Assembly: GCA_035221665.1 (NCBI GenBank)
Contig: CM069152.1
Coordinates: forward strand, 23,622,001 to 23,686,000
Length of the DNA: 64,000 bases
Source: Okamejei kenojei
Taxonomy: Eukaryota
Direction: 5' to 3'
Shown: positions 38,396-50,800 of the stretch, piece after piece
Position numbering within the stretch: position 1 is the first letter of the stretch
How the letters are laid out: the number at the start of each line of letters is the position of its first letter
Notes under the pieces: generated by a model
The model's input: the letters and a program-made list of their open reading frames with translations, nothing else
What the model was told of the DNA's origin: nothing
Databases searched by the model: none
Program-made: the position numbers and the translations under genes

Positions 38396-41300
38396 CGTGC
38401 CCCCAGCTCCGGGCCCGACCAGCGGCCTGACCACCAGCTCCAGCTGCCGTGTGGGGATGGGAGCCAGGCGAGGAATCTGGGCAGCGACAAGGGTGGTGGG
38501 GGGCAGGTGAAAAGAGCAGGAGTTCAAAACTGAAAATCTAGAGTAAAGTTAACACATACCATGCAAGACCCAGTGTGTGCTGGAGTTCTGCTGGGCCAGC
38601 AGGGACAGGCTACTTGGCCCCTCGTGTTAGGGAGATTGTGACTGGTCTTCTATCTCAGCTTTTCCTCACGTTCTCCCCTGTCCCTCGATCCCTAATCTGT
38701 GACCTGCAGGGCGGAGAGGTCTGGACATTCATCCCCCACCCCTCCCCTCCCCACCCCTGATGATGGCCACTTTCATTCAGAGATGTGACCTTTGCAGGGA
38801 AACATTCCTCACATCCCGCCTGCCCCACCATTCACATCTCCCACATTAATCTCAGCTCCCAGTCTGTCCCACCTCTCCTCACACCACACCACAGTGCATC
38901 ATCACTGCCCCAAGACCACCCTCTGACAGCAAGGAGACCAGACTCCGGTCGTCACCACAGTCTCACCGAGGTCTCCCCATGGCCGGGTATTGGTGGCCGC
39001 AGACATGTGTGTGTGTGTGGGGACACGTGTGTGGAGAGGCGCAGTGTGGAGATGTTATACCGAGTGATTACAGGAGTCACACATGGACAGACCAGGCAGG
39101 GTCACCGGGATCAGCCAGTTTGTACATAAAGCCCCTGATTATACCACCTTGTCCTGCACCTCTAATTACCAGACCTACTGGGGTCCACATTACCACCGCT
39201 TTTGGGGGCCTGTAGACAACACAAAAGATTCCTGCCCCTTATTGTTGATGAATGACTCACCTTGGTAAAAACAGGTTAATGAAAATCTCAGACTGGAAAG
39301 TTTGTTCCAAATCCTCCTCAGCAATCCTGCATTTCACTGAAACTTTGATCACGACGGGTTGGGAAGTTTGCCAACAAAACACCGACCTCCTCCCAAACGA
39401 GTTGCAGTTTGGATTTTGAAGCACAATTAAATGTTGTTGGTGATATAGCTGGTGTGTGTGAGGTTTGTGAGGAATGCCTTGGCCTCTCAGGGCAGCTCAC
39501 CGTCCTTGGTTCTGACCAGCCTCTGCAAAATACTTGAACTGTTTAAAGTGCAATATTAAATTAACTGAAACCTTTGTCTGATAAGACAGATCCTCATGAA
39601 TTGTCTCTGCCGGCTAAAACATGTCACTGTATACTCAATTTTATTCTAAACTTTAAAAATGTCAACAGGCTTCTGGTCTGTCAAGGCATCATTGCATCAG
39701 GAGCCTGTGCCAGTGAATGCATCTCTGCCCTGTTTGGAATTGGGGGTTTGAATTTGGTTGAGTGCAGTTTGCAGAAATCACCCACAGGGTTTCCATCTGC
39801 AATGTTTGGACGAGCCGTGCTCATGGTTGTCCTAAGAGCAGTGGAGGTCACTGCTCCCAGTGTCTGGGTATTGCTTCCTGCGTTTCTGGTGTGACCGCAG
39901 CAGAACTGGTCTCACCCTCACAGACGGAACACACTGGATCTCTATCACTGAATGTAAAGGTAGCAGACCGTGTGTGTTACTGGGCAAATGAGCCCAACTA
40001 AAGGTCAAGTTTAAACACAACCAGGGACAATTTAGTTCACTTGTTTGATCAGGAAAACTTGATTGTGTGGTCGCCTGGATGACTAATGGCTTCGGGGAAT
40101 TAACTGTGGTGCCATTATCAGACTTGTGAGCTGCAACAATCTGATTTATAAAATTGGTATATAAGCTACAAATCGAGGCAGATTATCAACAGACAGTAAA
40201 GGCGTTCTTGCTGCTGCACGTCCTATGAACATAAACGATTCTACTGCATGTAATTATTGGACTCAACAACTTTGCACTTTTGAAAATGAAGTTTTACTTT
40301 TTTGATATGAAATTGCTTTTAATCAAAAACTGAAATTAATCAATTTATAAATCAAATGTTCAACTTTTCAATTACAAACTTTGTTTCTTGTGGTTTCTTA
40401 CATATTAAACATCGCAACATTATTGATTTGAATATTGAGGTTCACAAATAAATTATTTCAACATGATTCAGGTTAATCATAAACCCTCACAATGGCAGTG
40501 CATGACAGAGCGAGATAGTTCATGAAGTTTGAGAAAATGTCATTAATTATCAAAATTCCGTGAACAAAACATGCGTTTCTATGTGTTTTTACACTTTATA
40601 TTTGGTGTCCACCATAACAACCGTTACATGAAATTTAGAAAGTTTTTTTTTTCTAAAGCACGATAGCTGATTTCTTCACTTTTGCTGTTTTTCAACATAC
40701 AAATATGTACCTTGGAGTATAAACATGGAGTATGTGACCAAATGAGCAATATTCCTGTTATCTGCTGAAACGTGTGTTACATGCTTTACACAGTGTCCAA
40801 GGGTGGACACCAAAATGAAAGTAGCTCCTGTTTCTTCCAGTATTTCTTTTTTGTAATTTCTTTCTCATGTTTTGAATAAACTTTATGGAAATAATTGTCC
40901 ATACAGAATAAGAGACTGCAGGTACATAATTTGATGGAAATATAGCTACTGCAAAATGCTGGTGTAACGTGTGTGATGGTGGACACCAAATATATTCACT
41001 AATTTTGGCATGCAGCAGCTTTTACAGAAGCTTGATATTAAGGTTACCTTCTTCTCATAATTTCATTATCTATGGAGTTCTTCAAAGTAGAACATTTTCA
41101 ATCTCCTCGGGAAGTTCTTTGGTCTTAATTTACCATTGTGGTGTAACGTGGTTACTCTAAAATAGCGGTGGATACCAAGAGTGACATTCTTTGAAATAAG
41201 GTCATTCAGAGCACTTATGCCAAATTCAGCAAAGGTTTTGCTTTTTACTGTGAAACATGCATCCCTGCAAAGCAACAAACTTGAAAATGTTTTGAATTAT

Positions 41301-41566
41301 AATGAAATTAATGCAGAAATTGCCTCTATTTCATTGTGTATTTGGTTTATTGTTTCTACATACGACATTATAATTGATTTAATTGCAGTTTAGAAATAAC
41401 TGAAACCCGTATAAAGGCCACATAACAAAAAGCAGGTAGACTAAAAGTGCTGGAGAAATTAGGCAACATGTACGGAGCGAAGAAATAGGCGACGTTTCGG
41501 ATCGAGAATCTTCCGTTCATCTACTACATAACTGCAGACTAAGTTCATCTGCCATTCAGTGGGAGA

Positions 41567-41700
41567 GCGGGGCGCCGGGACGATCGATCACCAGCAGCCC
41601 CTAGAAACAAAAATTGTGCTTCCGAAATCTCTTGATATCGATTCCGCACAGACAAAGCGCAAGCCTCACCCGTGTGCCATTCACAGCAGAAACCCTTTTA
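41567..41700 (-). ncRNA. RNU11: U11 minor spliceosomal snRNA
   Basis: Reverse complement reads AAAAGGGTTTCTGCTGTGAATGGCACAC...GTGCGGAATCGATATCAAGAGATTTCGGAAGCACAATTTTTG...GCTGGTGATCGATCGTCCCGGCGCCC, colinear with vertebrate U11. Sm site AATTTTTG at 41608-41615. Confidence 0.93.
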
Positions 41701-41737
41701 CTGGATCACCCGCAGGAGCCAGGCTCTGACCAGCAGC

Positions 41738-41755
41738 GCCACACTGTAAGGCGAG
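41738..41755 (-). promoter_or_regulatory. Candidate snRNA proximal sequence element (PSE) of U11
   Basis: CTCGCCTTACAGTGTGGC about 40-55 nt upstream of the U11 start; resembles the TCACCNTNA PSE core. Confidence 0.5.
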
Positions 41756-41885
41756 GTTGAGCAGGTCATTAACGGTCGCTGCCAATCATCTTCATGTTGT
41801 AGAAGGTGAAGGTGATTTGACGACCCCGGTGTTTACGGCGAACATCCGCGCTCCGTCACCGGCGACAACCGACAGTAAATAAAGT

Positions 41886-41893
41886 ATGCAAAT
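41886..41893. promoter_or_regulatory. Octamer ATGCAAAT, candidate distal sequence element of U11
   Basis: Perfect octamer ~190 nt upstream of U11 in a CpG-rich tract. Confidence 0.6.
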
Positions 41894-43408
41894 ATTCGCA
41901 CAGAATGTAGGGATACAGCCTTTCTGCTTCGGCAGCGCTCGCCGACAGAGGGCGCAGCTCAGGGGCTGGCCGGGGACCCGAGGCAACAGTGTTGAAGAAG
42001 GTTTTAAAGAAGGAACTGCAGATGCTGGAGAATCGAGGGTTACACAAAAAGCTGGAGAAACTCAGCGGGTGCAGCAGCATCTAAGGAGCGAAGGAGATAG
42101 GCGACGTGTTGAAGAAGGAACTGCAGATGCTGGAAAGTCGAGGGTTGCACAAAAGGCTGGAGAAACTCAGCGGGTGTCTCCTTCGCTCCCTAGATGCTGC
42201 TGCACCCGCTGAGTTTCTCCAGCCTTTTGTGTACACCCGAGGCAACAGGACAGCGCTGCAGGACCTGCAGTCAAACCTGCAACACAGCAGGACCTACAGT
42301 AATACTGGCAACACAGCGCAGCAGGGTCTGCACCCGCAGTACAAGATGGATCCTGCAAAACTACAGCACAACTGCGATTCTGCAGGCTCACAGAATATTT
42401 GAGCATCAGAAATGGGAGCGGGTGGAGACCATTGTGCCCTTCCAACCTCTCCTGCCATCCACCTGTGTCATTTCCTGCACTGACAGGAGTTCTGTGAGGC
42501 TTCCTCTCACTTCCTCTATCGCTCAATGTGCAGAAACCTGCTCCTGAATTTAACTCAACACCTGCGCTCCCCAATTCCTTTGTGGTGGAAAATTCCAAAG
42601 GATCACTGCCTCAGAGTGGAGTTTCTCTTGTTCTCTATCATCAATGACCTGCTGCTTACCCAGAGGCAGTGTCAATGTCCCTCTGGATCCGTGAGTAGGA
42701 TCCCTCTAGATCCTACTCACAGCCCATCAACCCATGTCCTCATTTGGGACAGATCTAGAACAGATGAGGGCAGCTCTGATGGGCGGGTGGAGGAAGTATT
42801 GAGGAGGTAAACAAAGGGAGAGAGACCGTGGGAATGTGGGACCACGTACAGATGAGACATGGTCTTTAATGGCCATCCTAAGCTTCCAGTTGTTTGCCAT
42901 CTCAACTCCCTCCCCCCAGCCTAGTCCACCTGCACTCGGACCCCCGCCTTCCCCCCCCCTCCCCCCCGTCCTTGCAAGGCCATGCCGAGTTCTCCTGGAC
43001 GTTTAATCTTTGCCTATATATCGACTGTTTGGCCACAGCTCGAGTAGTGGACATGGCCACACTGGACACTATACTGCTCCATCCACCACAATACAGGAGT
43101 GCGGTGAACCAGACTGATGCTGTTTTCATTAACTCACTAACAACAGCTACACAGTAGAGCCAAGCATTTAGTGACGGGTGGATGCACCCGAGAGGGGATA
43201 CACACCCTACCAACATATGTACGTACAAACACGGCCAACACTCGGTATGTCCCTTGCTCGGACTAGGCTGAGCTGCAATAACTCTATGTTCTGCTTGAAA
43301 TACAACAGATTTCCAATGGAGTCACAGAAGGGTGAGCTGGTGCCAGGGTGTGAAGACGTGGACACACTCCACACACAATTACACCAGCCTCAGTCACATG
43401 GAACCTGG

Positions 43409-43414
43409 TTTATT
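43409..43414 (-). terminator. Candidate ANKS3 polyadenylation signal AATAAA
   Basis: tttatt on +, downstream of a putative 3'UTR exon starting at 44162. Confidence 0.35.
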
Positions 43415-44784
43415 TACCACTCACGTGTCCTCTTGTTATATGAAGTCACAGTTCATTGGTCTAAGACATGTTCCCTGGAACATCGCAGTTCATTGATTGA
43501 GGTCCTTCCCTGACGTGCCTCATTGGTCTGGGCCTCGGTGTCTGTGAGGCCGTGGTTCATTGGTCCCTCGGCTTGTGGTCGGCACCAGTTCTGGGTCTGC
43601 ATTATCCACCGGGCCTCCACTGCCAGCAGCCTCCGAGTGGGGGGTCTCCGTGTTTGGGGGGGGGGGGGGGCGTGCTCAGTGCTTCTCACCGCTCCTGAGG
43701 GGCTCAGCTTCTAAAGGTCGCTCCTGCTTCTAATAATATTCCTCAGTATAAACACACATCATCCATATCCCTCCATTCCATGTACCGATCCAAAAGCCCT
43801 TTAAACACCTCCATTGTCTCTGCCTCCATCACCACCCTTGGTCAGAGTGTGGATCAGTGCCTCAGCATGCACTGTCTCGGCAGGTTGGATGCTGCAGTTT
43901 GCCACTGGCTGAACCAGCATCATCTCCGGGTCCATCATGGAGAGATGCCTGTGCTGAGAATCATCTTCCCGTCTCTACTCTGCATCACAGGAGCTCCACG
44001 TCCTGTACGTCACATCCAGGCTGGTCCCCGGCTGCTTCCCTGGTCTGGTGCTGGCCGGGACCAGCGGGGAAAGGCAGCTTTACTTCAGGGTGGAGTCTCA
44101 CCCTCCGTCTCGTTAGCTGGTTCTGGATTCAGCAACTCCCTTGGTATCTGACAGTGAAGCACCTACACAGGAGGGTAATGAGGACTGTGAACAGACGATG
44201 TTACCAGGACTCGAGGGCCTGAGCTAGAGGGAGAGGTTGGGCAGGGTGGGATTGGATTACTTGGAGCACAGGAGGATGAGGGGTGATCTTATAGAGGTGT
44301 ATAAAATCATGAGGGGAATCGATAGGGTGAATGCAGTCATTTACCCAGAGGAGGGGAATCAAGAATCAGTGGACATAGGTTTGAAGTGAGAAGGGAAAGA
44401 TCTAATAGGAATCCAAGGGGCACCCATTTCACACTTAATGTGGTGGGTGTATGGAACGAGCTATCAGAGGAGGTAGGTGAGGCTCGTACAATGACAACCA
44501 TTAAAAGACACTTGGAAAGGTACATGGATAAGAAAGGCTTAGAGGGATATGGGCCAAACGCAGGCAAATGGGACAAGTATAGATGGAGCATCTTGGTTGG
44601 CATGAACGTGTTGAGCTGAAGGGCCTGTTTCTGTGCTGTCTGACTCTCTGCGTTTCCAGCACAGCAATCGGGGATGGGAGATGGAGCAAGAGTGAGGGCA
44701 GGAGTGAGAGCAAGGAGGAAGGGCTCAGGGTGGGAGAGCAGACGCAGACCAAGCCGGGAATGAGTGCGGTTCTTTACCCACCTG

Positions 44785-44876
44785 TCAGATGTCGGCGTTC
44801 TGACCCCACTCTGTCTTCTTCATTTCTGCACTCAGCAGGGTTTCCAGGTTCTTTTCAACTCTCTGCACGGCTTTAC
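44785..44876 (-). CDS. ANKS3: ANKS3 last coding exon (GKAVQRVEKNLETL...NADI*)
   Basis: tgcag acceptor; TGA at 44785-44787, followed by CAG|gtgggt donor. Confidence 0.75.
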
Positions 44877-47800
44877 CTGCAACCGTAAGAACAGCTTGAG
44901 GGGTGGATTGAGGAGGGAGGACATTGACTCATGGATACATACTGTAGATACATAGACAAGAGGTGCAGGAGTAGGCCATTCGGCCCTTCCAGCCAGCCGC
45001 CAATTAATGTGATCATGGCTGATCATCCACAATCAGTACCCCATTCCTGCCTTCCTTGATTCTGCTAGCCCTAAGATCTCTATCTAACTCTCTTTTGAAT
45101 GCATCCAGTGTATCGGCCTCCACTGCCTTCTGAGGCAGAGAATTCTGGGTGAAAAAGTTTTTCCTCATCTCAGTTCTAAATGGCCTACCCCTTATTCTTA
45201 ATCTGTGGCCCCTGGTTCTGGACTCCCCCAACATCGGGAACATATTTCCTGCATCTTGCGTGTCCAATCCTTTAATAATTTTATATGTTTCTATAAGATC
45301 CCCCCCTCTTCCTTCTAAACTCCAGTGAATACAAACACAGTCGCTCCATTCTTTCATCATATGACAGTTCTGCCATCCCGGGAATTAACTTTGTGAACCT
45401 TCGCTGCACTCCCTCAATAGCAAGACTGTCCTTCCTCAAATTAGGAGATCAAAACTGCACACAATACTCAAAGTGTGGTCTCACCAGGGCCCTGTACAAT
45501 TGCAGAAGGACCTCTTTGCTCCTATACTCAAATCCTTATGAAGGACAACATGCCATTAGCTTTCTTCACTGCCTGCTGTACCTGCATGCTTACTTTCAGT
45601 GACTGATGTACAAGGGCACCCAGGTCTCGTTGCACCTCCCCTTCTCCTAATGTGACACCATTCAGATAATAATCTGTCTTCTTGTTCTCGCCACCAAAGT
45701 GGATACCCTCATATTTATCCCCATTATACTGCATATGCCTTGCATCGGCCCACTCACCCAACCTATCCAAGTCACTCTGCATCCTCATAGCATTCTCTTC
45801 ACAGTTCACACTGCCAACCTGCTTTGTCACCTGCAAATTAATTCCTTCATATAAATCATTAATATATATTGTAAATAGCTGCGGTCCCAGCACCAAGCCT
45901 TACAGCACCCCACTAGTCCCTACCTTCCATTCTGAAAGGGACCCATTAATTCCTACTCTTTGTTTCCTGTCTGCCAACCAATTTTCTATCCATGTCAATA
46001 CCCTACCCTCAATATCATGTGCTCTAATTTTGCCCACTAATCTCCTGTGGGACCATATCAAATGCTTTCTGAAAGTCCAGATACACTACACCCACTGGCT
46101 CTCCCTTATCCATTTTACTTGTTACATCCTCAAAAAATTCCATAAGATTAGTCAAGCAAGATTTTCCCTTAATAAATCCAGTCTGACTTGGTTACTGTTA
46201 CTGCTATCCAAATGTGCCGCGATTACATATTTAATAATTGACTCCAGCATCTTCCCTACCATTGATGTCAGGCCAATTGGTCTACAATTCCCTGTTTTCT
46301 CTCTCCCTCCTTTCTTAAAAAGTGGGATAACTTTAGCTACCGTCCAATCCATAGGAACTGATCCAAAATGTATAGAGCATTGGAAAATGATCACCAATGC
46401 GTCCACGATTTCTAGAGCCATGTCCTTGAGTACCCTGGGATGCAGACCATCATGCCCAGGAGATTTATCAGCCTTCAGTCCCATCTGCCAACCCAACACC
46501 ATTTCCTGACTATTGTGAATTTCCTTCAGTTCCTCCATCACCCTAGAACCTCTGTCCCCTAGTACATCAGGGTGATTGTTTGTGTTTTCCTTAGTGAAGA
46601 CAGAACCAAAGTACCTGTTCAATTTCTTTGCCATTTCCTTGTTCATAATAATCTCACCTGTTTCTGTCTTCAAGGGACCCACATTTGTCTTAACTAATCT
46701 TTTCCTTTTCACATACCTAAAGAAGCTTTTACTATATTCCTTTATATTCTTGGCTAGTCTAGCTTCATACTTCATCTTTTATCCCCGCATTGCCTTTTTA
46801 GTTACCTTCTGTTGTTCTTTAAAAGTTGCCCAATCCTCTTGCTTCCTGCTCATCTTTGCTATGTTATACGTCTTCTCTTTTAGACTCACAATGACCAAGA
46901 CCCTCCTGAGACTGGGGGAGCTTTCCCACCCTTGCTTTTTAGTTATGAGTGTCTCACAGCGTCAGAGACCCCAGTCGGGGTGGAAGATTGCAACCTTCAC
47001 GTGGTCCGCCATATTTTGACTAATGCAATCAACTCGACGTGTACAAACGGAAGATCAAATAGAACAAGTTGTCCAACAACTTTTGGCTGTGCACGCCACA
47101 CAAAAGAAGGAGAAGAAGAAGTGAGAGGTCGTCCCACCTTTGCCCCTCCATGTAAGGTCTCCAGTTGGAGGCTTGGTGTGCAGTGTCAGTGAGGGGGAGA
47201 TTACAAGGGTTTAGTCACAGCATTGAGCGTTCCATATTCCTGGGCAGACAATCCCACGGCATTGCCCCAGCCGGGCACTGGGTCACCGCTCCCTGACCCC
47301 CCCCCCCCACACGGCACACCGTGTGACACAGACCCCCCCCCCCCACACGGAACACTGTGTGAAACAGATTCCCCCCGCACTGCTGCTCACCCATTTCCAA
47401 CGTGGATTTTTTCAGTGTTGCGCCGAGCTCCAGTGAGCCCAGTGAGCCCAGCACAGACGCCCAGTCAGCTAGGCCCTCTGAAACGAGGAAGGACACAGGT
47501 TAATCACCCCAAGGACCCAATCACTGGTCGGACTCTCCGATAACTATACACGAGAGCTGCCATTCAACACCCACCCAACATCAGGTGAGCATGACTGTGC
47601 AGCATCCACTCTGCTCTCCCCCCTCCACTCCCCTCCCCCAACAGTCCAACAATCTGTCTCCCCCTGCCCAACCTGTCACAACGTCTGTGCCAAACATGAT
47701 GCCAAGTTCAACTAATCTCCTCTGCCTGCATGTGAACAAAGCCCTCCATTCAATGTGCCACTCCAAAAGCCTCTTCAACCCCACTATCATATCTGCCCTC

Positions 47801-50800
47801 ACCGCCCCCCCTGGCAGCGCATTCCAGGCATCCACCACCCTCTGTGTAAAACACATCTCTGCCCCTCTCACCATAAAGCTGTGGCCTCTAGTCTATGACA
47901 TCTCCACCCTAAGGAAAAGGTTCTGACTGTCTACCTTATCCATGCCTCTCATAATTTATAAACTTCTATCAGGTTTCCCTTCGGCCTCTGATGCTCTAGA
48001 GAAAACAATCCAACCCCTCTGTAGCTAGACACAAAGTTGAACTATATAAAAAGCGCAAAGTGCTGGAGTAGCTCAGTGGATCACACAGTATCCCTCGAGA
48101 AGAACCTTCTGAACAAGGTTCCCAACCCAAACCGTCACCTATCCATGATCTATGGAGATGCTGCCTGAGCCACTGTTCCTCCAGCACTTTGTCTCTCCAT
48201 GTAGCTAATACTCTCTAATTTAGATAACAGTCTGGTAAACCCCCCTGCACCGTCTCTGAAGCGTCCGCATCTGTGCCGTAATGGGGTGACTGGTGTGAGA
48301 CGGGCCTGGCGTGGCCATCCTCACCTTCCTGTGTGCGTGCCGCCGGTTTCCGAGCCTCTGTGCTCCTGCGCTGTGCAGTGCCGTCGCTGAGTCGGTGCAG
48401 CAGTTCAGACTGGCAGGCTCTGCAAGGGAGGTTACAGTGTGTGACGCCGTTACTGCATGGAGCGGTTCTGTGTGACATTACGGACACCGGGCCGCCTTTC
48501 ACCCCTCCCTGGCTTCCACACCCCCCCCCCCCCCCCCCTCACTCCCCCCAGCGAAATCCTCCTCGCCCACACTCGGGGTGCAGCTCACCTCTCCCGTCCC
48601 CACCTGTCCGCCTCTTCACCAGCGTAGGCCTGACCAACAGTTTGCAAGCGCACCCTAACATTATGCTGCCACTTGATTTTGCCCAGCAACCTTGTTCCCA
48701 GAATAAATTTCCCTTGAATAACACCCATGGGAATGAAATGCTTAATATTTCTCCACATTATGGTCTTATTCTCTCTCAAGATTCACGGGCTCTCAGCCAC
48801 CTGGTGTACCTCACACCCACGATGATGAGGTATTGGTGGCACTGAGCGCTGCACGGCCACAGTCGTGCATTCCCATAGTGATGCACACGCTCAGAGCCGC
48901 ACACGTGCACACAGCCATGCACACCCATAGAGCCATGCACATACATACAGCCACACGCACACACCCGTGCACTTTCAGTTTGGCGCACAGTGGTGCACAG
49001 CTCCAGTGGGAAGACTGCCGCTGGTATTGTGCACCACGTTTCTTTAAGGGCTGCTAGCAAGGACTACTCTTAACAGTGAGACACTGTGTGACTGGGAATC
49101 AGCACTGGGTCAGTGTTGGGGCTGCATTATTCGGGGAGACCCCACAGGCTACTTTGTGGACCACACAGCCAAGGGTCTCGCTCTGAGATTCGGTGATCCA
49201 CAACACAGCTTTAACATCATTAATGGCAACATGGCCATTTCTAGTCTCCAGACTATCAGAGTCGTACAGCATGGAAACGTGCCCTTTGCCCCACTATGTC
49301 CACACCAACCCCATTTGCTCATCGGCACTAATCCCATTTCCTCACACTAGGTGTGTATCTTCTACGCCTGCCTATTTAAGTGTCTGTCTAATATTCCTTA
49401 AATGTAGGGACTGAATCCACCACTAATTCTGGTTGCCTGTGCAAGGTAGCAACCACTCTCTGTAAAACAACCTTTCCTCTCTAAACCTCCTCCCTCTCAC
49501 CTAAAGAAGTGCCCTCTTGTTTACGATACCCCTATCAGGGTGGAATAGCGGGCCCCTTTATGCTACCGCTACCATGGGTGTAATGGCACTAGCTATCCCT
49601 TTATGCCCGCAGTTTGATGCAGGGGTCCCTGAATGCGGTTCCTCACCTGACTTGTTCGAGGAGGACCATTGTCTCGCCACAGATTTCCTGCGTCTCCTCC
49701 AGCTGTTTCTGTTGCTTCTTCCAGGCTATTTTGTCTTCCATTAAAACCCCTTCCACCACAGCCCGCAGCTCCTGTTCCTGAGATACTCGCCCGGTTAACA
49801 GCTCCACTTCTTCACACTTCTAACAGAGGGATGACAGAACATCATGCAATGATCAGAGGTTTGCTTCACCTCGTGCTGTGCAGCGTTAGAACATAACACT
49901 CCAATGATGTACAGGTTTGTAGGTTAATTCGCTTTGGTAAAGATTGTCAATTTTCCCTAGGACATAGGATAACGCTTGTGTACAGGGATTGCTGGTCAGC
50001 GCGCACTAGGAAGGCAGATGGGCCTGTTTCCACACTGTATCTCTAAACTAAATTAACCCCATCCCCTATCACCCGTTTCATTTCCCTCCCCCAATCTCTC
50101 CATCTGTCCACTTCACACACATCTTACACTGTCCCTTCTGCCCACTCTCCGTTATGGTGTGACATAAGGAACTGCAAATTCTGTTCTAAAAAAGACACAA
50201 AGTGCTGGAGTAACTCAACAGGTCGGGCAGGACATGGATTGGCTTTGTTGGATTGTCCCTGGTGTGTAGGATAGTGCTGGTCGGCACGGACTCGGTCAGC
50301 CAAAGGGCTTGTTTCCATGTTGTATCGCTAATCTAACCTAAAAACGAATCTGCTTTAAACTTTCCCCCTCTCGCCTTAGTTCTATGCCCTCTAGTGTTGG
50401 GCATGTCCACCCTGGGAAAAGGGTTATGTCTACCCAATCTACACCTCTCGTGATTGTATATAGGGACAACATATACTCAAAGTCAGAGTGAGGAGATGTA
50501 GAGTGAGAGTATTTCAGTGGATCATGTTGAACCGCCCAGAGCAACGATGATTCTGCAGCACAATAGAGGGAGATTTACTCTGTGTCACATTGGCTGTCTC
50601 TATCCTGGGAGTGTGTGGTGGCATAGTCTAGTTTAGTTTAGTGCAGGGATACAGCATGGAAACCGGCCCTTCAGTCCTACGGGTTCACGCTGACCATTAT
50701 CACCCGCTTGCACTAGTTCTGTTATCCCACTCCCGACACACTGGGGCCAATTAATCTACAAACCCGCACGTCTTTGGGATAAGCGAGGAAACTGATGAAC

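Noticed and set aside
45682-46509. 275-aa plus-strand ORF
   Set aside because: Antisense shadow of the CR1 RT region
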